A stretch of 63,842 nt of DNA, filler included, from Octopus bimaculoides (GCF_001194135.2; 7 parts of 6 records of this genome joined end to end with filler, not necessarily neighbours in it); one strand, 5' to 3'. Shown: positions 23,901 through 38,847, counted from the whole stretch's first letter. Numbers and translations are program-made. The notes: generated from the sequence alone by a model not told the origin.

Positions 23901-26900
23901 CTAGGAGTTCTTCACTAATCTAGGTAATATCGTTAGCCTAGTCTGCCAAGAGAGAGAGCTTATGAAGTATTTTGCCCAGATTGATAAGTGGGGTGATCTC
24001 TGTTTTTGTATCTATTTTAGTGCGTTAGAATACATGATGGTGCTATACTTTAAAATTTCTATTCTTAAGTATATATGTTTATTTTTAAGAATATATATTT
24101 AGTTTTCTTCTATCCCTTTTTTAAAAGTCTTTCAACAACAAAGTTTCCTAATAGACCGATGTTTCTATACCTTTACACTCGTATGTATTTTAGTTTGTTT
24201 AATTTAGAGACAAAGCAGATCACAAACACCCCTGCTAATATCACCATAAATGCCACCAAGTATACCAATAATGAAAACAGGTGGATGACACCAATAATAC
24301 CGAAGCGATATCACCATTAACAAAGTCAAACTATAAGAGGTATTGTTCTATTACCACCAACACACATTTACGTCAATATTCTATGACGAGATGTACGCAT
24401 CTGGTGGAAAACAGTCCTGGAACTCAACGATAAATCGCAGTTAGTGGATGTGAACAAGAACAATGAAGGCGATATCTTCAGATGGCGAGTTATTTGTGCT
24501 AAGATCGGAGCTGCGTGGCCAGATTTCTAAAGGCGACTATGAGAGCTCTTGGGAATTCCATTCTTTCCATCTAGTGCAAGAGACGAATTATATATTGATG
24601 CATACCGTGTGTGTGTAGTTAACCGACAATCTATGGTGTTTAAAAGAATCAAAAATGTACTCATAATCAACTCTCTGGCGAATAAGGAATGTATTTCCCG
24701 AATGTGTTATTGCTTACATGGACAACCAATAACGGGTCACCTAGATTGTATTTCAGTAATATATGTGATAAGTAGGCGGATACATATAGAGTAGGTTGTC
24801 CACTATTTTACATAGTCTCTAATGTAGTACGGAAATTTATGATTTGCAAATCAATCTAAGAAAAATCCTGAACGGTAGTTGACAGGAATGATCTTCAGCA
24901 ATTTAGTGAAGCGCCTTCTCAGTTTTTCTGTTTGTACATTTTTCAGTCAATTACTAAGAGAACGAGAGAAGCAAACACTTGCTTCACACCGATCAAATAA
25001 AATTATGCAGTTAGTAGTATAACGATCCTTGCATTCTATACAGGATTCCCAGAAGGTGAAAATGAGCATGATCTCGTGAAGGTTCTAAGTGTCGACATAG
25101 CTAAACCTCGAAGTCTTTTCTGGAAGAATTTTAATTCCAGTCTATATAAAATTCCGAACACTGTGGTTCGGTTTTTACCAAGGCTGAAGCAATCACTGCT
25201 GACCACACAAACCAGAGTAAACTCCAAATATTGCTAACGATGATCAGCATAAATGCAGATCGTTGAGACCGGTCTCCAGATACTCATTCATTGTCCAAGG
25301 ACTGACGACAGCTGAAGCTATGACGAACATCTATTCTCAATGTAGAACGGTTCTGTTTACCTACAGATGGTGTCATAATGAATATGACGCCATCTTTTGG
25401 TGAGAAGGGACATGCAGTTTTCGTCTGTCAAAAGGATATTGTGTTAGAGGTTCTATACTGCAATATATGTAAAGGATTAGAAGCCTACACACTTATTTTC
25501 AGCTAAGACTTCGTTAACGTTTTCATTGAAGGTGAGAGGAAACGTGAGGTACTATATTCTAGTAATTTTTGCTGAAATATAGGGCAGACTGGCGAGAGTA
25601 TCTTAACTGAATGTGTCTATATTTAGCGTGCTGTGAAAGCGCGTGGCTTTGTGTTTAGGGTGTTTTCACAGTGATAATGTCATGCGTATGATTCCTGGAC
25701 CGAGACAACGCACTGCACCTTTGAGCAAGACACTTTATTTCACAGTGATCCAGTTTACTATACTGAAGATGACTACTAGCCGAGTGATAATGTAGCTCTC
25801 TATCCTGTTAACTGTCACACCCTGGATGAACCGTTGCATCGAAACGTAAGAGAATTGGGTGAGTGTCTATGTCTGTCTGCGACTTCATAGATATCTAAAA
25901 CAATTAGCGAGAACCATATTCATTTACTGGTTATAACTGGCTTTAAAAACTCAGCATGTTAATTGTTTGAACCCCTGAGTGTATGTTTTCAGTATATCTT
26001 TTTCTTTACTGTTCTTTTCTATGTTTGTTTGCATACTTAAATCTGTGTAAACCATAACTTAATCCGTCGACCATATTAACACCACCGCCTCACATCTTGG
26101 AAAGCTTTATAGTTGTTCATTCTTTTGCAACAATTCAGGTTAGGTCTCCAGTGGTTTGAGATAAATATCCAAACCAGACATGAAGGCCCTGGATAATGTT
26201 CATAAATATTGCATTTCCCACTGGCTGACTAAAAGATTTGAAAATAACAACATACATCATATATGTAGTGTGTTACCAATATAATGCAGGAAATTCACAT
26301 TTCCAACAAGATTTCAAGAGAAAAAAAAAGAAAAAATACGAAATAGCTATTGTATTTGATGATATTTTCTGCATTATTTAATATATAGATAGCAGGATGT
26401 AGGTAGGGGATCATAATAGAAAATAACAACAAAGATGTGACAAAAATATAATACATCTAGATATTCGAAACTAAATGCTGAAGTTAACAGAAAATACAAT
26501 CTATAAAACGTTATTATAAAATTTATACAACGATTAACTTGGAATACATTTTAATCATCTCTTTTCGTTTTCTTATAACAGTTAATTTAACATTAATATA
26601 TTAAAGAATGTTTTCAATTCTATTGAGTTTTAAACTTAAGAAAAATTCCAAAAATGAAATTTGAATTCATATGTCTTTGAATTATGTATTTAATTGGTTT
26701 CCAGAAAAAAATTATTTTGCAATGTTTTTGCGCTTATGATTTTATTTTAAAATTGTATTTGCTGTAGCTGCATAATATTAAAGTTAATTACCCAAGAGTA
26801 AATATAAATATATTTAAGACAAGGAAACAAATACAATTCTCACTGGTTTTATTCTAACATGACAGATAAATGTATTGGAAGACAAACAGAATGGGAAACT

Positions 26901-26909
26901 AAAAGACAG

Positions 26910-27256
<347 letters not shown>

Positions 27257-27434
27257 ACAGCCGAAAGATTTTGTCTATGGCGTAGATAGTATCAACAGAA
27301 AAAATCTTGTATGCATATATGTATCTGTGTGTATGTACGTATGTGCTTATGCATGCAGTAGGTTGAAGCAGAAATAATAGCCGTTATTAGTAATCAATTT
27401 TAAAGCAATATATATCTCATCTCTCTATCTTTTA

Positions 27435-28400
27435 TTAATCAAAATAATAACCATAGAATTTAGATATTTTTGCCAATAAGAAAGAAATCCATTATTTCTA
27501 GTCTCATAGAATTCTGGAGTCTTGACACTGATGGTTATTACGAAGGTGTTTAGAGATGTTCCTGCCATGTTATTGAAGACTTTGTATGCAAGAAGTTATT
27601 GAGATGATAGAAAAGCTTGAAAAAGCGATAGTTGATAGATGAGAATAGGAATTAAGCTGCAGATGGTAAAATTTCGAAGTCTAGTTCGTCCAATTTCTGC
27701 TGATTAATTTGCGAGAAATGCTGTTGGGCTTTGTCGTTGTGAAGAATTGGTTCTTTTTGCTTGACTGAAGCTTATCATGAACTTCGCAGTTGTCGGAAAA
27801 ATTTGTTGATTCCTTGATGAAAATCCTTGTACAGATGATTTTTTTCCCTTATCGAGCACAAAAAAGAGACCATAGCCTTCTTTTAATACACTTCAGGATT
27901 AGGAAAATGTTTTGGTGTTTCCCGTCAGTCAAGTCACTGTAAGGAACATTTTCAGCTATCATATACAGTTCGTTTGTGCTTACATGTCAAAATGTACACA
28001 AAGAATAGTTTATACATGTTGAGCCAAAAAGGCTCAGAGCATTCCCGCTCAGGAAAATATTGTAAAACTTTTTGTTTAGCTTGCGTCGCAACTAAATAAT
28101 TCTCACTGAAGTTCATATTGTCTAGCTGTTTAATACTTAGTAACCAGGCCTTCTGAAAAATCTTCTGATTTGTTTTATGGGAGATGGGAGCGCTTCAGCA
28201 ATGCCCTTCTATTTGTTACCGAGCACAACGTCATTTTTAAGACTCTGGTCTTTACAAAATGCTTGTAACCAATGTTGTATGATATGGTCATTGACGGTCA
28301 CCTGACTAAATGCTTCGTTAATTTTTAAAGCAATTATTACTGCGTTATCTTATACTTTGAACTCATACGATAAAAACCACTCGAATCTAAGTTTTCTCGT
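27435..28400 (-). mobile_element. Decayed mariner transposase
   Basis: The 5' part gives YEFK..KINEAFSQVTVNDHIIQHWLQ (mariner HTH-like). The 3' part gives remnants of ILLHDNA.PH..QKL.ELDFEILP..YSPD..YRFF..EFY...WQK...SYFD*. Many stops and frameshifts. Confidence 0.7.
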
Positions 28401-28714
28401 TTAAAATTGACAGCCTTAAATGAAACAAAGAATACAAGGAAAAGATCTTTGGGTGGTTATTATGCCAATAAAACACAGGCACTCGTTTTATTTCACATCT
28501 TATTAGTATTAGTTTACTAGTAAGTCATTTGATCAATTCAGTGCTCGAATAATCAGCTTCACTCATCAGATTCCTTTCGCAGGGATTCGCAATTTCATGA
28601 ATGGCATCCTCTCTCTAATCCAGCCAAGTTCAACATAAGATTTCATATCGAGCATCTTAACTTCCAATTCAAATATAAAATCTATATTATTTCCATAAAT
28701 AAATAACAAGTTCC

Positions 28715-28862
28715 CCGTAACTTAGCGGTTCGGCAAAAAGAGACCGATAGAATAAGTACTAGGCTTACAAAGACTAAGTCCTGGGGTCGATTTTCTCGAC
28801 TAAAGGCGGTGCTCCAGCATGGCCGCAGTCAAATGACTGAAACAAGTAAAAGAAAAAAAAAG
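28715..28862 (+). mobile_element. Family A SINE tail
   Basis: CCCCGTAACTTAGCGGTTCGGCAAAAAGAGACCGATAGAATAAGTACTAGGCTTAC..CATGGCCGCAGTCAAATGACTGAAACAAGTAAAAG. Confidence 0.8.
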
Positions 28863-29970
28863 AAAAGAAAAGAAAATTTGCGCTTGAATTTGGAATAATT
28901 TATGAACAGATAAATAAAATTTATTCTACAATAAGTATTTAAAAATTTAATATAAACCCTCAGTTAGTTTTGAACAAACCTAGTATACATACATATATTC
29001 ATACATACATACGTACAGACAGACGGACAGACGAACAGATAGATAGACAGCTTTGGAAAAGCAGTAGAGTCTTGCTAGAATTATTTTTTTGACGATATAG
29101 TTTAAATAATATTGATATTACGTCATATTTTCGTAGGCAGTGCCCGGTAATAACGTTAGTACACCGGGCAAAATGTCCAGACGCATTTAGTCCGCTTTCA
29201 GGTTCTGAGTTCAAATTTCGCGGAGGTCAGAGTTTGCTTTCCATCTTTACGGATGATAAAATAAGTACCCGTTGATCACTGGGGTTAATGTCAGTGAGTT
29301 GCCCCTTTCCCCGAAATTGCTGGCCTTGTGCCAAAATTTGAGATCGATATTTTGATGAGACTCCCTCCCTAGAACCAGCATTCCTAGAAAGGCAAAGTTG
29401 ACTTCGGCGGATTTTGAATAATATGTTACTTCATTGCCATAATACTGATGACGGAGTCTAGGAATGCTAGGAATGCTATCGACTCGCCCCCTCCCCAAAA
29501 ATTTCGGGCCTTGTGCCTAGAATAGAAAAGAATGGAGTAACATATTATCTCTTTCTGAACGGTTTTATACGAGAAAAAGGTTCGAATATCACTTTTATAT
29601 ACTACTATTTGGCAATCTGATAGAAACGTTAGCACGCTAGATTAAATACTTAGTGGCGTTTCTTTCGACTTTACTTTTTGAGTTCAAGTTTCATCGATGC
29701 TACCTTTACTTTTCATCCTTTCGGTGTCGATTAAATAAGTATCTGTAAGGCATTTGGGTCGATATAATCGATTAGTCCCCGAACCAGAAATTCCAGACAT
29801 TGTTCCTATAGGGAACAAGATTATTTGTAAAATGTAATATATACTTGGATGATATGTTATAACCTTAACAGACGTTTACCACCAGATTATCTAACTCGTG
29901 ACATATCGCTTACATTAAAATGAAGTTGATAGATATAGGCATTTAAAATGTAATATAATTGCTAGATTTA

Positions 29971-30184
29971 AGGCGGCGAGCTGGCAGAATCGTTAGCACC
30001 CCAGGTAAGATACGTAACGACATTTCGCCGGTTTTCATATTCTAGGTTCAAATACAGCCGGGGTCGACTTTGCCTTTCCTTATGTGAGGATCGATAAAAT
30101 AAGTACCAGTTGAGCACTGGAGTCGTTTTAATCAACTTACCTCTCACCCGAACTTGCTATCCTTGTGCCGAAATTTGAAACCAA
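29971..30184 (+). mobile_element. tRNA-derived SINE family B (probably octopus OK-type) with probable TSD
   Basis: GGCGGCGAGCTGGCAGAATCGTTAGC..GGTTCAAAT..GTCGACTTTGCCTTT..TAAGTACCAGTTG. Flanks AATTGCTAGATTT / AATTGTTAGATTT. Family name from memory. Confidence 0.8.
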
Positions 30185-30253
30185 TGTAATTGTTAGATTT
30201 TGATATCAAATAAATCGCATTTCCTTTTCCTCTATTATTAATTTTCATGATTT

Positions 30254-30643
30254 GTGGAGGCGCAGTTGCCCAGTGGTTAGGACAACGGAGTCGCGGTCAT
30301 AGGATCGCAGTTTCGATTCCCAGACCGGGCGTTGTGAGTGTTTATTGAGCGAAAACACTTAAAGTTCCACGAGACTCCGGCAGAGGATGGTGGCGAACCC
30401 TGCTGTACTCTTTCACCACAGCTTTCTCTCACTCTTACTTCTTCTTTCTGTTGTGCCTGTATTTCAAAGGGTCAGCCTTGTCACACTGTGTCACGCTGAA
30501 TATCCCCGAGAACTACGTTAAGGGTACACGTGTCTGTGGAGAGCTCAGCCACTTGCACGTTAATTTCAAGGGCAGGCTGTTCCGTTGATAGGATCACCTG
30601 GAACCCTCGACGTCGTAAGCGATGGAGTGCCAACAACAACAAC
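30254..30643 (+). mobile_element. tRNA-derived SINE family C, full length, with 13-bp target-site duplication
   Basis: A-box-like TTGCCCAGTGG, B-box-like GTTTCGATTCCC, (CAA)n tail. TSD AATTTTCATGATT at 30240-30252 and 30644-30656. Close second copy at 60895. Confidence 0.85.
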
Positions 30644-32388
30644 AATTTTCATGATTCACTGGGCAAAAGAAAATAAATTGTAAAACATCAACATGTAATT
30701 TCTGTGAAACACCATGAAATTCAAGGTTTTGAAAAAAGTACAGGTAGTCAAACAGCTATACTATAATATCAAATGATTAAGTGACAGTCTTTTATTAGAG
30801 ACTATCTGATGACTCCCTAGTACATTTACTTAACACTAAATAAACCAACAGTTTTAAATTGTATTATGGTATACCTATCGGACTATAGATAGCTAAATTA
30901 CAACAGGTATATAGTCCATTTTTTGTATTATAGTGCATTGCTGTACCATTTAAAAAATGTTATTTTTTACAAAAAATACACAATGCTTCAAGCGAACTAC
31001 AATACTCTCGTATTACGGTATGGTAGAAAAATTTTCAGTTCTTTACTATGCGAATATTGAATCATTGATACATTTTTTTTCTTTGGTAGCTTCTAGCAAT
31101 GAGTGACAATATGATCATAAGCATGCTGAGATCAGCAGTAATCCTGATCAATATGAAATTTTTTGAAACGATTCGTAAATATATTATGTGTAATGTTAGG
31201 TGACATTATAAATTTTGAAATATCAGCAGAGTGATTGGTAGAGGAAATAAAGATCGTTAATGTATGTATGTATGTATGTATGTATGTATGTATGTATATA
31301 TATATAGACATGTATATATATATATATATATATATGTANNNNNNNNNNNNNNNNNNNNNNNNNNNNNNNNNNNNNNNNNNNNNNNNNNNNNNNNNNNNNN
31401 NNNNNNNNNNNNNNNNNNNNNNNNNNNNNNNNNNNNNNNNNNNNNNNNNNNNNNNNNNNNNNNNNNNNNNNNNNNNNNNNNNNNNNNNNNNNNNNNNNNN
31501 NNNNNNNNNNNNNNNNNNNNNNNNNNNNNNNNNNNNNNNNNNNNNNNNNNNNNNNNNNNNNNNNNNNNNNNNNNNNNNNNNNNNNNNNNNNNNNNNNNNN
31601 NNNNNNNNNNNNNNNNNNNNNNNNNNNNNNNNNNNNNNNNNNNNNNNNNNNNNNNNNNNNNNNNNNNNNNNNNNNNNNNNNNNNNNNNNNNNNNNNNNNN
31701 NNNNNNNNNNNNNNNNNNNNNNNNNNNNNNNNNNNNNNNNNNNNNNNNNNNNNNNNNNNNNNNNNNNNNNNNNNNNNNNNNNNNNNNNNNNNNNNNNNNN
31801 NNNNNNNNNNNNNNNNNNNNNNNNNNNATATCCTTCTTTCTTATTACGTTTATTTCGTTCATATATATATATATATATATATATCGTGAACAGAATAAAC
31901 TATTCATATTTTATTTGTTTTATTTTGTTTCTTCTTATCAGACCTAGTGATTCAGAGCTTAAGAGGGTACCAGCCCTTTCCTTATAAAGAAAGGGAAGGG
32001 GTAAACAATATACATGGATCTGGTTATAAAGTTTCTATATATGTACAGATACAGTATATGTTTATTCATAGTTTTGATTAAACAGAAAATGTATCAGTAT
32101 TGTTTTACATATGCTAAGTTTGGAAAATTTGGGATACCAATATTAGCTTAATTAATATGTGGATAATAGTAATGTAGCTAATCAATACATTCAGTATGCA
32201 AAAACCATGAAGTAGTGTTGCTTTAAAAAGCTTTGGTTAAGTATATTTAGACTTATTTATACCAATATAAAGAACCTTAGATAATATGTGAAATTAAAAA
32301 GTTTTTTTTATATATATATTGGATTTAAAATTAGTTAAAATTATTTTAAAAATTAAAATTAAAGCTAATATATCTAATATTATTTAAA

Positions 32389-32700
32389 GGACACATGAGA
32401 GATGAAATTTATCTTATAACTACTATAAAAGAATTGATACCTAGAATTTATAATGCTGGACTCATTAAGGTTTAAGAAACTGGTTAAAGGAATGATTGGA
32501 ATTACCATAGAATATAATGGTGAAAATTAAAGCATATATCTAATATCATATTTAGTGGACACATAAGATATAAAATTTATTTTATAACTAATGTAAAGAA
32601 TTGATACATAAGGATTTACATGGTTTATAATGATGGACTCATCAAGGTTTAAGTAACTGGTAAAGTGAATGATTGGAATTAACATAGAATTATAATGGTG
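32389..32700. repeat. Diverged ~170-bp tandem duplication
   Basis: GGACACAT.AGA..AAGAATTGATAC..TTTATAATG.TGGACTCAT.AAGGTTTAAG.AACTGGT..AATGATTGGAATTA.CATAGAAT.ATAATGGTG occurs twice. Confidence 0.8.
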
Positions 32701-33631
32701 CACTAGGTCTGATAAGATGAAACAAAAAAAACAAAAAAAGATAAAATCAGGGACAGTTAAAATCTGCTTGGAATTAATTACTTGCCTGTATGGTCTGGCT
32801 AAGTCAAAATGTTTCTTTGTATTCTTCCTTCCCACTTGGAGTGTTTAAATGTAGTTACAATAATATGTCCTTCTACTGAAATGAAATTTCAGTAAATTTT
32901 CTGTATCTTTGTGCAGCTGAAGATTGCTCTGCATTTTACATTTAATGTAATGCTTACATTGCTTAAATAAATGGAGTCGCATGAAACGATCGTACTGCAT
33001 TAACCTTGAATACCTTTGTTGCTTATTTGGTTGTATATGTATCAAAATGTCAGATGTAGGCCATGATGAATACCACAAGGTATTGAAAATACGCATTCGC
33101 CTTTATATATTTAAGTCTTTATATTGAACACTCAATATTTCATATATTCAATAAGACATTCAATACTTCATTTCATTGTACCATCCATTTTTATATTATA
33201 TATTATATATTCTATATTCTATATTCTCTATCCCACATTAATTTTACAAGAATATAAATAAAACATAAAAAAACAGACAGAGCTGGAGCTCTTTTAANNN
33301 NNNNNNNNNNNNNNNNNNNNNNNNNNNNNNNNNNNNNNNNNNNNNNNNNNNNNNNNNNNNNNNNNNNNNNNNNNNNNNNNNNNNNNNNNNNNNNNNNNNN
33401 NNNNNNNNNNNNNNNNNNNNNNATGGGGTCGATTTGCTCGACTATAAAGGCGATGCTCCAGCATGGCCGCAGTCAAATGACTGAAACAAGTAAAAGCGTA
33501 AAAGAGTATATACAAGCTCGCTACCTATTTTGCTGTTTACAAATACAAGTGATTCAACTTTATTTTTTTTTTAATATCTGACATAAAATTTTCATTGCGT
33601 TATAGAGATTACGCAATCACGGCGTTGTACA

Positions 33632-33851
33632 TACGAAGGTGAGCTGAAAAGTTTCTGGCTTTTGGTAAAAGGAAATACAGGAGGATCAATTAATTCTGGT
33701 TTTATTTAACAGAGTTTGCTCCTACATTCACACGCTTAATTCAGCGGTCATCATTTTTTCTAAGCCCTGTATAAGATCTCGGAAGGTTGATCTTCCAATG
33801 AGGCCTTTCCCGATAGCCTTAAAGCCAGGAATTTTTCAACAACCCCTTGTT
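33632..33851. mobile_element. Mariner-type MITE
   Basis: Imperfect TIRs TACGAAGGTGAGCTGAAAAGTTTCTGGCTTT ... AAAGCCAGGAATTTTTCAACAACCCCTTGT; about 220 bp, non-coding. Confidence 0.6.
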
Positions 33852-34158
33852 TAGACTCATAAAGCGCAGTGTGATTGAAGTCTTAACCAAGTTTGTTTTG
33901 TAAACACTATACACTTGAGTCATATGTTGTAAGAAAAACTGGGAAATAGAAATTGTATGGATGGCCGTCAAATTCTTTGTACCTGGAACTCAAAATGTGC
34001 AGCTTGTCACACACCGTTTTATGACGAATCTGCCAGAGAATTACATTAAGAGTGTTCGTGTCTATGGATTGCTCGGATCGTTACCTATTAATACATAGAC
34101 AGGCTGTTAAGTCGATTGAACAAGTGTAACCTCATGATCGAATGAGGAAGACCATCTG

Positions 34159-34213
<55 letters not shown>

Positions 34214-34216
34214 ATA

Positions 34217-34260
<44 letters not shown>

Positions 34261-34807
34261 GCTCTCTCCCTCTCTGTATATACATCTATATGTGCAGGTG
34301 TATAAACGTATGCTTGTAATATATACAGACATACATATCTACATTGCTCTAGTTTTGCACACTCACACACAAACGAACATTCATATACGTACCTTTGTGT
34401 TCATAAACACATATTACGTATCTTTAGACACACACACACACACATGTATATGTATATACAATATATATGATATATATAGTATAGATTAATAGATATACAG
34501 ATAAATATACGCACATGCATGCATACACTACACATACATGCATATGCATATATACATACATACACACATACACACACGTATATTACACACACACACACAC
34601 ATACACTTATATATATATATATATATATNNNNNNNNNNNNNNNNNNNNNNNNNNNNNNNNNNNNNNNNNNNNTTAATTAATTAANNNNNNNNNNNNNNNN
34701 NNNNNNNNNNNNNNNNNNNNNNNNNNNNTATATGTAGATGTATCTTTATGTTTGTGTGTATACATGTGTGCTTGTGTGTTTTTGTAATTGCCATTGATGT
34801 ATCTTAC

Positions 34808-34852
34808 CAGCCACAACAGCCATCTTCAGTCTCGTCAAAGAACCACCAAAGT
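34808..34852 (-). other. Candidate 45-nt exon of an unidentified minus-strand transcript
   Basis: TTCTTTCTTTGTTTCACAG| ... GGCTG|GTAAGA. Two open frames, (D)FGGSLTRLKMAVVA and LWWFFDETEDGCCG; no homolog recognised. Confidence 0.4.
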
Positions 34853-35251
34853 CTGTGAAACAAAGAAAGAATGTGAGAAGAAAATTAATAATTTCCCCAA
34901 AATATAACACCAGGATTTTCATTAAAAATTAAACATCAACTATCACAAATGTGGATTTAGTATATTTTGACACACATACACAGCTATATACACACTTCAA
35001 ATGCATATACACATAGATACATATACATACATACATGTGTGTAGCTATAAGAAAGAGGTGTGGGGGGAGAAAGCGAGGGAGCGAGAGAGGGGAACACTTT
35101 GTTGTGATATCTTTGAGCAAATATATAAACCATCTACTTTCTTCATTCAGTGTGTTATATTTTTAGTTTTGCTCCAAAAATAATATTCTGCCGGCAAAAT
35201 ACTTCAGCGTGACAACTGACAAGAAGACATATACAGAATTAACTGACTTAT

Positions 35252-35290
<39 letters not shown>

Positions 35291-36191
35291 TACTTACAGA
35301 CAGACAGAAATACACACAGACAGACATACATACAGACAGACAAACATACAGACAGACAGACACACAGACAGATACACAGACAGACATACAGACATACAGA
35401 CAGACACACAGACAAACATACATACAGACAGACATACAGACATACATACAGATAGACATACAGACAGACACACAGACAGATAGACATACATACAGATAGA
35501 CATACAGACAAACAGATAGACATACATACATACATACATACATACAGACAGACAGATAGAAATACACACAGACAGACATACAGACAGACATACATACATA
35601 CAGACATACATACAGATAGACATACAGACAGACAGACAGACAGACATACAGCCAGACATACATACAGACAGACAGATATACATACATACATACATACATA
35701 CATNNNNNNNNNNNNNNNNNNNNNNNNNNNNNNNNNNNNNNNNNNNNNNNNNNNNNNNNNNNNNNNNNNNNNNNNNNNNNNNNNNNNNNNNNNNNNNNNN
35801 NNNNNNNNNNNNNNNNNNNNNNNNNNNNNNNNNNNNNNNNNNNNNNNNNNNNNNNNNNNNNNNNNNNNNNNNNNNNNNNNNNNNNNNNNNNNNNNNNNNN
35901 NNNNNNNNNNNNNNNNNNNNNNNNNNNNNNNNNNNNNNNNNNNNNNNNNNNNNNNNNNNNNNNNNNNNNNNNNNNNNNNNNNNNNNNNNNNNNNNNNNNN
36001 NNNNNNNNNNNNNNNNNNNNNNNNNNNNNNNNNNNNNNNNNNNNNNNNNNNNNNNNNNNNNNNNNNNNNNNNNNNNNNNNNNNNNNNNNNNNNNNNNNNN
36101 NNNNNNNNNNNNNNNNNNNNNNNNNNNNNNNNNNNNNNNNNNNNNNNNNNNNNNNNNNNNNNNNNNNNNNNNNNNNNNNNNNNNNNNNNNN

Positions 36192-36225
<34 letters not shown>

Positions 36226-37544
36226 GTATATATGTGTGTGCTTGTCTCTGTAACTTAGTGGTTCAGCAAAAGGGTCCGATAGAATAAGTTCTAGGCTTAC
36301 AAAGAATAAATCATGTATGTACAGATAGACAGACAGACAGACAGATAGATACTTACATACTTTCACACTCGTACACAGACACTTTCATCCATCTTTTACC
36401 AAGTCTCCATGACTGGATAATCTGTTGCAGATATTTATAAACATCCTGAGAATGCGAAAATGCTTTTGTTTCCAAATGAAGAACTGAAGCTAGAAAGGAC
36501 CCAAACTCCCAGAATGACCAATAACACCAGCCTTCCATTGTTAAATTCTATTTTCTATTCTTGGTTTTCAAACCACAGAATTGCTTCAGCTCAAAGTCAT
36601 TATCTTCTCTCTGAAAATAACTTGGTTTCTTTCTGAAATGCCGCCTCTTGGCTTTCGTTTTTCTTGGTTCTCTTTTAGGCAATAGAGAAGGAAGTGGCTA
36701 TAACCCTTTAAAGGGCCACCAAGACTGGTGAGAGGGGAGAGGTGGAGGGGTCTTCAAAGCAGGGACCTGTCCTGATTGTTTGTAAGAGTGTGGGATCCAC
36801 AAAAAGTACGAAAGGGACCAGCTGCTGGTGTTAGAGTGAGGAATGGAGTAGGTCTACCACCTAACGAGGCCATGGTAGGATTAGAACCCAGAAGGCAAAG
36901 GGATGGAATTAGTACCACAAGGCATTCACTCTGACATTCTTGCAGATCCACCAATCCACCCCTGGTATTCATGCAATTCTTTTTTCTTTCCTTTTTTGTT
37001 TTTGTTTCGGTAACCTTGAAAGGAGGAAAGGCAGTTTATGAGTTGGGATTTCATACAACCCCCACTGCCATCACCCCACAACAACTAGCATCACCACCAC
37101 CACCACCACCANNNNNNNNNNNNNNNNNNNNNNNNNNNNNNNNNNNNNNNNNNNNNNNNNNNNNNNNNNNNNNNNNNNNNNNNNNNNNNNNNNNNNNNNN
37201 NNNNNNNNNNNNNNNNNNNNNNNNNNNNNNNNNNNNNNNNNNNNNNNNNNNNNNNNNNNNNNNNNNNNNNNNNNNNNNNNNNNNNNNNNNNNNNNNNNNN
37301 NNNNNNNNNNNNNNNNNNNNNNNNNNNNNNNNNNNNNNNNNNNNNNNNNNNNNNNNNNNNNNNGTACAGATTTACAAAAGAAAAAAAGAACCCACATGAA
37401 TTTTGTGTTTCCATTTGGTTTCTTGAGGTGAACTCGTGTGTTGAAACATATTTCATTGTATCTTGGGTGGGTCATTACACCAATGAAAGCACATGCCCTG
37501 GAAATATGTCACTTCTTTATTATCTATTTCTTTCTTTTTTTCTC

Positions 37545-37915
37545 TTTTACTTATTTCAGTCATTAGACTGTGGCCATGCTGGGGCAATGCCTTGAAGAAA
37601 TTTTAGTCAAATGAATCGACCACAGTACTTATATCTTTAATCCTAGTGCTTATTCTATCAGTCTCTTTTGCCAAACTGCTAAGTTATGGGGACATAAACA
37701 CATCAATACCAATTGTCATGCAGTGATGGAGGACACAGACGCAGACACAAAAACACGCACAAATATATATACATAAATATATATGAAAGGCTTCTTTCAG
37801 TTTCCATATACCAAATTCGCTCATAAGGCTTTGGTTGACCTGAGGTTTAAGTAAAAGACACTTGCCCAAGATGCCACACTGTGGGACTGAACCCAGAATT
37901 ATATGGTTGGGAAGA
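37545..37915 (-). mobile_element. Family A SINE
   Basis: Diverged full-length copy in reverse orientation. Confidence 0.7.
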
Positions 37916-38181
37916 AAGGATTATTTACTTGTCAATTGGTCAACTATTTGACCAATTAACTAAATGATCGTTTGATTAATCAATCAATCATTTCTGCCTG
38001 TTGAAGCCCTTTTGCCATCATTTGTGACCTCCTCAATGGCACTCCCCCCCCCACTTCTCCAGGCCTGCTTCAGGGTAGATTAGAAAAAACAAAAAAAATC
38101 TGAGAAGGAGAGAAAAAGAGAGAAGGCAAGAGATAAAGAGACTGAGAGCTTCTATAACTCCATCATTATTACACAGGCAAA

Positions 38182-38589
38182 GCAATGAGCTGGCAGAAAC
38201 GTTAGCACGCTGGGCGAAATGCTTTGTGGTATTTCATCTGTCTTTACATTATGAGTTCAAATTCCACCGAGGTCGACTTTGCCTTTCATCCTTTCGAGGT
38301 CGATTAAATAAGTACCAGTTACACACTGGGTCAATGTAATCAACTTAATCCCTTTGTCTGTCCTTGTTTGTCCCCTCTATGTTAAAGAAATAAGAAACGT
38401 TAGCACGCCGGACGAAATACAAAGCAGTATTTTGTCTGCCGTTACGTTCTGAGCTCAAATTCTGCCAAGGTCGACTTTGCCTTTCATCCTTTTGGAGTTG
38501 ATAAATCAAGTACCAGTTGCGTACTGGGGTCGGTCTAAGCGACTGGGCCCCTCCCCCAAAATTTCGGGGGAGCCTAGAGTAGAAAAGAA
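38182..38589 (+). mobile_element. Dimeric family B SINE with 15-bp TSD
   Basis: Two head-to-tail monomers; TATTACACAGGCAAA at 38167-38181 and 38590-38604. Confidence 0.8.
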
Positions 38590-38654
38590 TATTACACAGG
38601 CAAATACTTTCACTTGATGCATCACTTGATGCATCATGTTACACATTTGCAATT

Positions 38655-38766
38655 CACTTTACTACTACTACTATGACTACCACTACCACCACCACCACTA
38701 CTACCACCACTACCACGACCACCATTACCATCACCACCACTACTACTACCACTACCACCGCCGCTG

Positions 38767-38800
<34 letters not shown>

Positions 38801-38847
38801 CACTACTACTACCACCATTACCACCACCGCCGACACCGCCGCCGCCA

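Noticed and set aside
36679-36727. Plus-strand exon-like segment after a strong pyrimidine tract (TTTTAG|GCAAT..GACTG|GTGAGA)
   Set aside because: One short open frame, no recognisable product and no compatible partner exon.
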